Origin: Squalus acanthias
Lineage: Eukaryota
Reading direction: 5' to 3'
Length of the DNA stretch: 64,000 nucleotides
Assembly: GCA_030390025.1 (NCBI GenBank)
Contig: CM059431.1
Coordinates: forward strand, 104,224,001-104,288,000
The position numbers and the translations under genes are program-made. This document shows positions 50,431 through 61,255 of this stretch, one piece after another. The notes under the pieces were generated by a model that did not search any database, was not told the origin of the DNA, and was given only the letters and a program-made list of their open reading frames with translations. Within the stretch, counting starts at the first letter, position 1; every line of letters starts with the position of its first letter.

Positions 50431-52587
50431 CTAACGGAGGGGAGGGAGGGCGGTCACTGACGACCGCCACTCCCTCAGCAGCCCAGTGTGGAACGTCTTG
50501 AGCCGACGCAGCTCGAGCCGGCCAACGTCCTTGTCCGCGCCCATGATTTTAACGGCGGCGCGGACGGACACGACGAGCAGCGTCAGCTCCGACCACTTGT
50601 CGAGGGCCAGCCGGATCTTCTTGTGACGACCCTGGCTCAGGGCCATAAAATCCCGGAGTTCCCCTACGGGGATGAGGGGAGAGTCGGTGAAGGGCACGAG
50701 GGCGTCCATCGCCTCACTGCCGATGGACTCCAAATCGTCCTCGATGCCCCCCACCGAGTCCCCGTCCTCCTCCGGGAGGTCGTCACCGGCGGCCAACCCG
50801 TCCGTCACACAGGGTGCAGCGAACGGCTCGGCCGCACCGGCCGGCCCCGCCTCCGTCACGATCCCACCCCCAGGATCGGTGGCAGAGGAGTCCACCCTGG
50901 GCTCCTTCAGGGGCGCCGGGCCGGGAGGCGGCGGCGGCGGTTCGGGGCCCCCTCCCGCCTCAGGCGCCGGGGCGACCGGAGAAACCGGGGAGAAAATAAT
51001 CCCAAATTCCTCCAGCACGTCCGGCGCCAACGACAGAGACGGAGTCAGGGGGCTTTCCGTCTCCCCGCCACCAACCTCCGACCCAGCGGGCTGGGGATTG
51101 CTACACTCCTCCACCAGGTCGAGCAGTCCCTGGGAGATATCTGGGTTATAAAAGGCGGGCTCGGCTTCAGCCTCTTTGGCCTCGCCCGCCCCAGTCCCCA
51201 GGACGCCCGACCCGGCGAGGAGCAACGGTTCCGTAACTACATTTCCCTCCGCGGGTTGTTCCGCGCCCCCCCCCACGGGCAGGGTCTCTTCCCCATCCCC
51301 GGGAGGCACAGGTCGGACAGACTCGGCTGTCTCACCCTCCCGAGGGACAGACGACCCCTGCCGATCGCGCGCGACGATGACGGTGGTGGGGTGGGGCGCA
51401 GCACCCGCGGCGGGCGACTGGCCCCCTTTTGCGGAGGGACCTTCCTCCTCGCAGTCCTCCTGCTGGGGGCGGAGCTTTCTTTTTAACGTATTGGGGCCCG
51501 GAGAGGGGGAGGCCTCCATGTCTGCTGGGGCCTCCCTCTCTGCCCCCTTCCGACGACTGGGTTTCTTGGGCCCCTTGGGCCCGAGCCCGGCCGCAGGTCT
51601 TGATTCAGCTGCCTCAGCAGTTGCGGTCACGGTCACGGGCCCGGGCACGAGGACCCCCCCAGTCTCATGCGTCCCGACCAACTCCGCGATATACTCGGGC
51701 GTGAGTTCGGCCAATTCAGATGTTTCCTCCGCGAGGGGATCCGCCCTTATGTGTTTATTTTTCCTACGCGCCTTCCTTCCCCCCGGACGCTCTCCCTCCT
51801 CCCCGCCGGAGGCCGTGGTGGAGTTGGCCTCCGATTTCGACCGCGCATCCGTCGCCGTCGACGCGCGGACAGTATCAGGGGGAGGGGGGGCGGCGGCGCC
51901 AACCCTGGCCGCGCCAGGTGTCGTGGCGGCCTTGGAGGCGGGGCAGTTTTTGCGGACGTGCCCCACCTCCTTACAGGCGTAGCACCGCGCGCCGTCCGAG
52001 GTCCAGAAGACGCGGTGGGCGGTCCCCCCGTGGAGCACCGTGAACGCGCCATCCGCGTCCTCCTCCCGCGCCAGCCGGACGAAAAGCTGGCGCCGGAAGG
52101 AGAAGACGTGCTGAAGGCTGGCTTCCCGGAAGCCGAGCGGGATGGGTGTGATCCCCGACCTCACCTCCCCCAGTTGACGTAGGTGGGGGAGGAGGAGCTC
52201 ACCCGGAACAAAGGGCGGGACGTTGGAAACCACAATCCTTTGCGCGGTGGCCTCAAGGGGGTCCACCGGCAGGAAGGTCCCGCCCACGGTGAGCCCCTTC
52301 TCGATGGCCAGGGACACCGCCCGCTCCGACCCCAGGAAGAACACAGCCTTGCCGTACATTTTAGAGGCGGCGACGATGGCTGAAGGGCCGACAACCCCAG
52401 CCATGGCTTTTACACACGCCTCTATAGTCATGTTGGGGTGAGTGTAGCTCTTGACCCCATTCTTCCTCGTAAGGAGGGTAAAAGGTGACGGGGTAACAGG
52501 AGGACTCGTGGCTGCGGCCGTGGCCGCGGCTGCCACGCTCGCGTACGTCCTCGCTGCCCCCGCCACCGGCGAAGATGTGGTCGCCAT
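50431..52587 (-). CDS. Tx1 ORF1 (RRM-like region, CCHC zinc knuckle, long low-complexity tail)
   Basis: SKMYGKAVFFL, IVVSNVPPF, HVFSFRRQLF and CYACKEVGHVRKNC; first ATG at 52587. Confidence 0.93.
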   Translation of the reverse strand: MATTSSPVAGAARTYASVAAAATAAATSPPVTPSPFTLLTRKNGVKSYTHPNMTIEACVKAMAGVVGPSAIVAASKMYGKAVFFLGSERAVSLAIEKGLTVGGTFLPVDPLEATAQRIVVSNVPPFVPGELLLPHLRQLGEVRSGITPIPLGFREASLQHVFSFRRQLFVRLAREEDADGAFTVLHGGTAHRVFWTSDGARCYACKEVGHVRKNCPASKAATTPGAARVGAAAPPPPDTVRASTATDARSKSEANSTTASGGEEGERPGGRKARRKNKHIRADPLAEETSELAELTPEYIAELVGTHETGGVLVPGPVTVTATAEAAESRPAAGLGPKGPKKPSRRKGAEREAPADMEASPSPGPNTLKRKLRPQQEDCEEEGPSAKGGQSPAAGAAPHPTTVIVARDRQGSSVPREGETAESVRPVPPGDGEETLPVGGGAEQPAEGNVVTEPLLLAGSGVLGTGAGEAKEAEAEPAFYNPDISQGLLDLVEECSNPQPAGSEVGGGETESPLTPSLSLAPDVLEEFGIIFSPVSPVAPAPEAGGGPEPPPPPPGPAPLKEPRVDSSATDPGGGIVTEAGPAGAAEPFAAPCVTDGLAAGDDLPEEDGDSVGGIEDDLESIGSEAMDALVPFTDSPLIPVGELRDFMALSQGRHKKIRLALDKWSELTLLVVSVRAAVKIMGADKDVGRLELRRLKTFHTGLLREWRSSVTALPPLR

Positions 52588-53959
52588 AATGGAGGGTTCT
52601 TTAAGGGCTACACTCACCCCAAGTCACAGGCCTGAAGGTGTTAATGGCCTCGGTTTTTTTTTTTTGTTTTCCCCCGAGCAGAGGGAGCTCTTAAATTGAA
52701 GGCACACCTCTCCCTTTAGTTGATTGAGTTGGGAGAGGGGCCTTCTCCCCTCTGCTCAATGGGTACTTAATTAAAAAGATAATGAGGTGCCTCTTAGAGA
52801 GAGAGAGGCAGAGAGAGACAAGTGACAAAGAGAGAGAGAGAGAGGGGGGGGTGGGAAGGAGGGAAGCCGCAAGGGCAGGGTCGCCACTCAGGATGGTGGG
52901 TGGGTGGGTGTTGGCAGGGGGGTGCACTCTCCGATGTAATAAAAGTCTTTGGTGGTGGTCTTCTGGTGGGGGGAGAAGATGTCTTCACCTGGGATAGCTG
53001 GAGATGCCCAGGCTCAGTCCTGCACCAGGTCTTAACGATGCCCAATTGGATTAAATTAATTGGGGAACTTCACCTAGGCAGCTCCAGCTGTCCCAGGTCA
53101 GGCAATGGGAAAGGGGTGTTTAATATGGTGTGTGCGGCCTAGCTTTTACAGAAGCCACACACACACCCCTTAGATGTTCCGGCCTTCTTCTTTTCTTCTT
53201 TCCTCCCCCCACCTACAAAACAAAGTCTCTGGGAGAGTGCCCCAGAATCACACCCACCTGTAGCTGATATTCTTTCCTTCCTCCCTCCTTCCAAACAGAT
53301 GATGGATGTTTGTGATGTTTTTCTCCCCTCTCTCCCTCTCCTAAAATGGAGGCCAATTGAGGAGGCAGTGTGGAAAGGCCTCTCCTCTGTTGTTAATGGC
53401 CTTGGCCTTCCCTTCTTTTCTTTCTCCAAACTGGTGTTGTGCGACTTCTCACAATTGAAGACTTCAGCCATCTCAGATCCAGTTTCTGGAACTCACTCCC
53501 TGAACCCTTTATATTGCTGATATACCCATTGCCTTTAAAAGTTTCTTCAAAATTGATCTTTTCAGCAATGTTTTTGATCAACTTTGCTGACTTGCCCACC
53601 ACAGTTTAACATCTACTTCTCCTCCGTGAAGTGGCCTGGAAGGTTGCTGTGTTAAAGGCGCTACACAAATGCAACAAGCTGGTGTTGAATTCTTCCCTAT
53701 TTCTCATAGACTTTTAAAGTGCACCACTCTATGAAGCTCGACTTAGATTAGATTTCAAAGCCTGTTGACAACGCAAAAATACTCTTACGAATCCATGATC
53801 ACTTTCGGCAAAACTCATCTTTCAACTTCAACTGATTTCCTGCTCTCAATATTATTACTGTTATCCCTGACTGATGCGGAGATGCCGGTGTTGGACTGGG
53901 GTGGACAAAAGTGAGAAGTCGCACAACACCAGGTTATAGTCCAACAGCTTTATTTGAAA

Positions 53960-53997
53960 TCACAAGCTTTCGGAGCGGCTGCTCCTTCGTCAGGTGA
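53960..53997 (-). ncRNA. Minimal type I hammerhead ribozyme motif
   Basis: TCAC CTGACGA A GGAGC agcc GCTCC GAAA GC T T GTGA on the minus strand. Confidence 0.7.
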
Positions 53998-54296
53998 AGT
54001 GAAGAAATACAAATGGGCACAGCATATATAGACAGAGAACAATGCCTGTGCAGAGAACAATGCCAGACGACTACAGTTAATCTTTCTAACTGCCCTTTAT
54101 CACACCTCGGCAGAGAGACAATCACGGCAATCAAATCCAACCAGGTCAGTCAGGAAGACATTACATCAAAGACGAGAGCAAAATACAACAACTCAGCGTA
54201 GTCTGTAGAAAGATTAACTGTAGTCATCTGGCATTGTTCTCTGCACAGGCATTGTTCTCTGTCTATATATGCTGTGCCCATTTGTATTTCTTCACT

Positions 54297-54333
54297 TCAC
54301 CTGACGAAGGAGCAGCGCTCCGAAAGCTTGTGA
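54297..54333 (+). ncRNA. Minimal type I hammerhead ribozyme motif
   Basis: TCAC CTGACGA A GGAGC agc GCTCC GAAA GC T T GTGA. Confidence 0.72.
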
Positions 54334-54682
54334 TTTCAAATAAAGCTGTTGGACTATAACCTGGTGTTGTGCGACTTCTCACTTTTATCCCTGACTGAGT
54401 GTGACTTGTAGTTCTCTTGAGCCTACCAGCAGGATGTGCAAGAAAAGTAGCGTGATCTGAACTCAGATCTTCCTCACCATTTTATCAGATGTGTCTGATT
54501 GAGATTGTAATTCACCGTATGGAAACTACCAGCAGGAACCATGTGTTAGCACAACATGACATTGAGGTTATAATACAGTATTCGCTACGCTCTCATTTGA
54601 GTTGCATATGCTTGGAAAACTCTCACCTTTCTAACAACTTGTCAATAAATTAGCTGTAAGCAGCCTAGCACCAAGAAGGTGA

Positions 54683-55895
54683 TAAAGAAAGAAAGACTTG
54701 CATTTATATAGGACATCCCAAAGGGCATTGCAGCCAATGAAGTACTTTTGAAGTGTAGTCACTGTTGTAATGTGAGAAACGCAGCAACCGAATTGCGCAC
54801 AGCAAGCTCCCACAAACAGCAATGTGATAATGACCAGATAATGGGCCAGAAATTCGGCTCTTGTCGGGTGAGTACGCGCTGTGTACTCACCCGTAAGGCC
54901 ACCTGAAGTGTCGGTTTCCTGCATGCACTGCGCATGCGTGGGAAACCGGAACTTCCGTTCCCCTGAAGGGAGGGGTTCGGAAGTCGAATGCGTGCGCGGG
55001 AGAGGCTGCGCGCACGCAGCGAACTTCGATTTTTTTTTCAGGTTTCTCCGGGAGGGGAAGTATGGAGAAGCTGCACTTTTAAAAAGGAGCCGCAAGGCCT
55101 GTTTTTAACAAGGTAAGTGGTTAATTAATTACAATTTAAACATTTTTTCAACAGGTTTATCTTTCTTAAATACTTTAAAGAAAGGTAAGTTTATTTTTAG
55201 CACCGTTAAAAAGTATAATAAAAAAATTTCAAAAATTTAAATTTTTGTTTAAAGTAGTTAATTTATGTAACTTATAGTTATTTTAAAAATGTGATTTAAA
55301 AAAAAATTATTTGAAGTTTAAGTGTGGTTTTGGGGCCGATCTCTATTCATAGATTTGACAGGTCTTCCTGTCAAATCTATGAATGAAAATGCCCTGTTAG
55401 GATTGGCTCTCCATGGCCCACGTGATCCCAGGGGACGCTTCGAACTAACTGCGCCCCTGGGATACGCAAGCACTGCGCGCCGGCAGCTGGAGGAGGCCCA
55501 GGAGCTGAAGTCCACGTGGGCCCAAAGCACAACAGCAGGCTCAGTAGGCAAGTACACGCACGATGCTTGCACCCGCAGGAAGCCGGAGAGCCGAATTTCT
55601 GGCCCAATCTGTTTTTTAGTGGTTGAGGGATAAATATTGGTCAACACACCAGGGAGAACTCCCCTAGTCTTCTTGGAAATAGTGCCATGGGATCTTTTAT
55701 GTCAACATGAGAGAGCAGACGGGGCTTCGGTTTAATGTCTCATCCAAAAGACAGCACCTCTGACAGTGCAGCACTCCCTCAGCACTGCACTGGAGTGTCA
55801 GCTTAGATTTTGTGCTCAAGTCCCTGGAATGGGACTTTAACCCACAACCTTCTGACTCAGAGGTGAGTTTGCCAACACTGTGCCAAGGCTGACAC
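54683..55895 (-). mobile_element. Deu-domain SINE interrupted by a MITE
   Basis: SINE sequence GACCAGATAAT|CTGTTTT is split at the AAT TSD. Confidence 0.82.
54843..55605. mobile_element. Harbinger-type MITE, family A
   Basis: Perfect 19-bp TIR GGGCCAGAAATTCGGCTCT with 3-bp TSD AAT. Confidence 0.88.
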
Positions 55896-56154
55896 CTCAA
55901 TACACTGTAACACACTGCCACTGGCAGTGAAGGTCACCAGTGCCATCAACCTTTGTGTGATGGGGACATCTCAGGAGCCATCCACTTTGCCATGTACTAT
56001 CCTATTATGGAAGTAACTGAAGGCCCTGTATCACCAAACCATCCTGCTATAGTCATCTCAGCAATAGCCTGCAGTAGACCAATCACTCTGGGCAAGGAAA
56101 CAAGTGCACACAAGTCTCGTTGCCCAGTGAGTACAAAATGTTACAAAGATTTAC

Positions 56155-56520
56155 ATTGAATTTTATAGCATAGAAACAGGTCATTCGGCCCAACAGGTCC
56201 ATGTAAGTATGTATGGTCCACAAAAGCTTCCTCTATTTACATCATCTCACCCTATCAACATATCCATCTATTCCTTTCTCCCTCATGTGTTTACCTAGCT
56301 TCCCCTTAAATGCATCTATACTATTCGCCTCAACCACTCCCTGTGGTAGCGAGTTCCACATTCTCACCACTCTCTGGGTAAAGAAGTTTCTCCTGAATTC
56401 CTCATTGGATTTATTAGTGACTACCTCACATAGTCATAACATAACTTCTCTGCTTTTGAATTCTATTCTCCTAGAAATGAACCTCAGTGCTTTGCTTGCA
56501 CTTATTAGGGCTTCGTTAAC
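56155..56520 (-). mobile_element. CR1 3' fragment
   Basis: Reverse strand encodes FRRNFFTQRVVRMWNS followed by the 3' UTR. Confidence 0.78.
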
Positions 56521-56727
56521 CTGTTTTCAGTTATCAAGCTGCTGCTTGCTTTATCAGTTTCGTCTTGCTGTGCGCTGCATCATTTTTTTTGTTTGGGATT
56601 TTGGACAGCTGATCAACTGAGGCCTTATTTTCTGCATAATGAAAGAATGACAGACTGTGAAACATGATTTATTTTTAATTAAATGTATTGTGTTTTGCTG
56701 CCGTGTTCCTCCCTTGTGTGTTGCCAC

Positions 56728-57351
56728 CACTGTGGTTACAAGAGCAGGTCAGAGGCTGGGTATTCTGCGGCGAGTGTCTCACCTCCTGACTCGCCAAAAC
56801 CTTTCCACCATCTACAAGGCACAAGTCAGGAGTGTGATGGAATACTCGCCACTTGCCTGGATGAGTGCAGCTCCAACAACACTCAAGAAGCTCGACACCA
56901 TCCAGGACAAAGCAGCCCGCTTGATTGGCGCCCATCCACCACGTTAAACATTCACTCCCTCCACCACCGGCGCACCGTGGCTGCAGTGTGTACCATCTAC
57001 AAGATGCACTGCAGCAACTCGCCAAGGCTTCTTCGGCAGCACCTCCCAAACCCGCGACCTCTACCACCTAGAAGGACAAAGGCAGCAGGTGCATGGGAAC
57101 ACCACTACCTCCAAGTTCCCCTCCAAGTCACACACCATCCTGACTTAGAAGTATATCGTCGATCCTTCATCGTCGCTGGGTCAAAATCCTGGAACTCCCT
57201 CCCTAACAGCCCTGTGGGAGTACCTTCACTACACGGACTGCAGCGGTTCAAGAAGGCGGCTCACCACCACCTTCTCAAGGGCAATTAGGGATGGGCAATA
57301 AATGCTGGCCTTGCCAGCAACACCCAGATCCCATAAACGAATAAAAAAAAA
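56728..57351 (+). mobile_element. CR1/L2-supergroup LINE 3' fragment
   Basis: QRLGILRRV..IYKAQVRSVMEYSPLAW..KAAHHHLLKGN* and AATAAAAAAAA tail. Confidence 0.82.
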
Positions 57352-57934
57352 CTTCCCCAGTGCTGCGAGTGCATGTTGCCAGTACCAAATAGATAAAGGT
57401 AGCTAAATGTTGAGCTGCAGGTTAGATAATAGGCCTTCTACCTGTATGTATGAGTAACCCTGCCGACCAATGAAGCACAGCTCTGGTGGTGCAGTCGCTG
57501 TTATCTCAGGTGGTGCCTATTGTCACTTTTTTGGGAGGAAGTGGGACTAATTGGACAGTTCTTTCAAAGAGCTGACACAGGGACAATGGGCCGAATGGCC
57601 TGCTTCTGTGCTGTATCATTCTATGATTCTATGATATGATGGCACAGAAATGCTGCTGTCATAAGGGCCAATTGGTTGCGCCTGTCGTGGTCCACCTATG
57701 CCACCAGTAGGACATCGACCCTTGATGGTCACAAACATGTGTGACTGAGGAACATTAGGAATATATGAAGATTCAGAATCCCACTACCATGGTTATCTGC
57801 AACCACTTTCCAAGCAAGTTGAAGCCCACCATTACTTAGCTTGCTGTTTGAACACCAAAACCTCTAAAGCAATAATGGGAGATGCACCCACTGTGCTTGT
57901 GAGCTGGGTAACTCAGATCTCCATTGAAGATGCC

Positions 57935-58803
57935 ACTGATGTTAATAAACTTGCAGAATGGGCATATAATTGACAAATGAAGTTCAATACAGATAAATGT
58001 GAGGTATTACATTTTGGTAGGAAGAATAGGGAGGTCACTTATCACTTGGGGTTGCTAGTCTAGGTGGGGTAGAGGAACAAAGGGATCTCGGAGTACAAAT
58101 ACACAAATCACTAAATGTTGCGACACAGGTTAGCAAGGCCATAAAAAAAGCAAACCAAGCACTAGGGTTTATTTCTAGTGGGATAGAATTGAAAAGTAGT
58201 GAAGTTATGCTAAACCTGTATCAAACCTTGGTTAGACCACACTTAGAGTACTGCGTACAGTTCTGGTTGCCATGTTATAAAAAAGAATATAGAGGCACTG
58301 GAGAGGGTGCAGAGAAGATTTACAAGGATGATACCAGAAATGCGAGGGTATACATATCAGGAAAGGAGGAACAGGCTGGGTCTCTTTTCTCTTGAAAAAA
58401 GAAGGCTGAGGGGTGACCTAATAGAGGTCTTTAAAATTATGAAAGGTTTTGATAGAGTGGATACAGAGAGAATGTTTCCACTTGTGGGGAAGAGCATAAC
58501 TAGAGGCCATCAATATAAGATAGTCACCAAGAAATCCAATAGGGAATTCAGAAGAAACTTCTTTACCCAGAGAGTGGTGAGAATGTGGAACTCACTACCA
58601 CAGGGAGTGGTTGAAGCGAATAGTATCGATGCAATTAAGGGGAGGCTGGGCCAGCATATGAGGGAGAAGGGAATAGAGGTTATGTTGACAGATTTAGATG
58701 AGGAAAGACGGGAGGAGGCTCGTGTGGAGCATAAACGCTGGCATGGACTGTTTGGGCCGAATGGCCTGTTTCTGTGCCATGTATCCTATGTAATCCTATG
58801 TAA
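57935..58803 (+). mobile_element. Decayed CR1 3' fragment
   Basis: KCEVLHFG, LVRPHLEYCVQFW and RLRGDLIEVFKI motifs; (TCCTATGT)-type tail. Confidence 0.88.
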
Positions 58804-61255
58804 TATACTTAACAGCAGACCGCAATGGAGACAGCTGGAAATTGATGATATTATTCTTATGAGAAATGGACATTGCACATCTGGGTGTTGGATACCTCAA
58901 AAATACCTTCCAATGACATGTGCAAAGAATAAATGGCTCCTCATTATTGTCCTGGTGCTGTTACAGCTTCCATTTCACTAAGGCTTGTGTCCCCAGTGCA
59001 ACTCATTAGCAACAGCTGGAATGCTGGGCTTCCACTCTGTCCCAGCCAGACTCTGATCTACTGCCACCTCTGTGACACCTCCCTTTCCGTTGCTTGGCGT
59101 CTCACCTTGTGCTTTCTCATCAGCACCACTGACTGCTTCTCTCACAGTCCTCGCTTCTTAATCTCTCCCAAATGGTAACCACATGCGCTCATCCAATTAA
59201 CCTTCGAGGAGAAATAGGATATATCCTTGATAATGACCTACTTCTCATCACAGAGTTTAATTAGATGAGCAAATGTGGTCACCATTTTATGTCGGCCTGT
59301 TTGATTGTGGCCATTTTATTTTGCTGTTCTGTTTCAGGTCATTCCACCATGGAGTGAGAATGCTACCCAGCTGGTCACATTCAGAATATACATTCAGTCT
59401 TTGGACAATTTCTGCTCAAGTCTTATATGTTACAAATCCTTAGTTTACTGAACAGTATGTTCTTCCTCTTCAAGATGTCTCTAAGTGGAAGGGTCATTGT
59501 TACTGTTTCTAGCTGTTACATCTGTCAGCCATCCTGTTGCTGAATTGCATTACTTGGACGTCACCACTGTGAATCTCTTTGCCATTTTCTTCAGCTAATT
59601 ATCATATACTTCCATTTGATTTGTATCTCATTTGCACCACATATAATTGAAGTTACGACATGCCCTGTGTGCCAGTAGCAAGAGTGAATCACTGCACAGA
59701 TAGAAAATGTATGTGGCATATAATCCAGATATGAATAATCAAATAGTATTTAGCCTTTTAATTTGGTGGTTGTTATATTATCAACATGTGTGGGTTTTAA
59801 ATGGTGTGAACAAAATTCAGCAACGCAAGTATTTTAGAATTTCGCAAAATAGCGAAAAGGGGCTGAAAAAGATTAATAGTGCGGCCAGAATTAAATTTGA
59901 GTCATCCCAGGAAAGGCTGTAGATTCTTGTACGTTTTGAAGCAGCCTATTGTGGACAACATTCCGGATACTGCATCATTGAACCACTGAAGGGAGCTGTA
60001 TTCCAGCAATCTACTGCTAACACAAGCTGTAGCAAAGCCTCACAGCAACAGAGTGGGCACTTAAATATCAGTTACGTACAGTGCCTATTTTAGTTTTATA
60101 CTGGACTACTTTCTGCATTGCTAATTAATAACTAGTAACCTTTCCTTATTGCCTTACAATAGCATTGGTATTAACCTTTAGAAAGTCCAGCACTCTCATC
60201 TCTATAATTCGCAGATCACTCATCTTTCTCGAACCTCATTTGAATGTAAAGTACATGTCGAAATGATTTACCCCCTTGAGCTTAGAGTTACGAATCCCCG
60301 GGGCACCTGGTTTCTTCACAATAGTCAAGACTCTTAATTGTCAAAAAGTGTATCTTTGTCTAAACAAGCAGAAAAAGAAAAAGTAGCTCAGATTCCCCAT
60401 AAAATCTGATGTATTAGTTGATCTGGAATTCTGTCCCAGTGAGCTGATTCATATATTGCTCACTGTGCTGCACAGATTCGATAGAATCCTTTGACAAAAC
60501 ACCCGATCGATCTGTATCGACTTCTCAACACATGCTAACTTTTTTAATGCACTAACATTTATTTATTAGCCGTGTAAAAATGATTCCTATGTATTTTTGT
60601 TCCATTCCTCGTCCATCCTTTCCGAAATAACAAGACTGCACCGAGCATTCCTTCTTTTTAACATTAAATGCCCACCTTTATCGTAATGACTAAAACCAGG
60701 AGCCCGTGGCTTAGAAATGTTTTGAGTTCTGTTTTTCTGCGACTGTGAGCGTTGAGAAACCAAGGTGGACCTGCCCGTTACCCACCTACGTGCGCCAACA
60801 TACCCTGCTGGAGCTACTGTGCATGTCAGAGGCGATGTGCCTTTGCCACCTATGCTGGCCAAGGAGACTTTTCTCCATGTTGGGTTTGTGCACTTCCAAG
60901 AGGAAAATAAATACGTAGTCTTGAGATGCTGGGAGATGAACAATATATGCACAATGAAGACATGGGCACAACATGCAAAACCAACCTAGTTGTAAGTAAC
61001 TGTCCATCACACAGCTAGGTTGTTTCGCAATGGCTTGAGGTGTTATCCCCTTTGAAGATGTGAGTGCTTTCACATTACATGTTGCATCTTGAAGGTGTTT
61101 CCTCGTGAGGTGCGGGCATCCAATGAGAGAACCATAAGGCTGTGTGAGGGCTTGGCCTGGGCATGCAGTGAATTTGGAACAGGCAGTGCTCTGTGATGTG
61201 CAGTCTTGGGCCTTCTACAATAATCATGATCATTTAAATTGATACAGTAATGTAA

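Larger units (their letters stand above)
46440..53430 (-). mobile_element. Full-length Tx1-clade (L1 group) non-LTR retrotransposon
   Basis: Two intact ORFs, about 840-nt 5' UTR, about 65-nt 3' UTR; 8-bp TSD CTGGTGTT at 46432-46439 and 53431-53438. Confidence 0.95.
45899..53453 (+). mobile_element. 5'-truncated Penelope-like element (GIY-YIG C-terminus plus pseudo-LTR), interrupted by Tx1
   Basis: 15-bp TSD ATTGAAGACTTCAGC at 45884-45898 and 53454-53468; pLTR sequence resumes at 53431. Confidence 0.85.
44895..53690 (+). mobile_element. Old diverged L2 fragment (44895-45898, resuming 53469-53690) hosting the nested PLE and Tx1
   Basis: YLYVEDTQLYLS and WMSWNFLQLNIRKSE remnants; L2-type 3' end continues after the TSD. 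Confidence 0.7.
53875..54384. mobile_element. Palindromic Penelope-like pseudo-LTR insertion
   Basis: Inverted arms at about 53907-54088 and 54206-54386; TSD TTATCCCTGACTGA at 53861-53874 and 54385-54398. Confidence 0.88.

Noticed and set aside
46602..52441. Many plus-strand and alternate-frame ORFs over the Tx1, up to 332 aa
   Set aside because: Expected shadow ORFs of GC-rich coding DNA, with no recognisable motifs
53340..53430. Possible HDV-like ribozyme at the Tx1 5' end (GGCC-rich stems; motif partly repeated at 52629-52653)
   Set aside because: Stems can be drawn, but I could not fit the nested double pseudoknot or a catalytic C
60587..61073. Overlapping 74-121 aa ORFs in unique sequence
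   Set aside because: No domain motifs, and no support for one strand or frame over another
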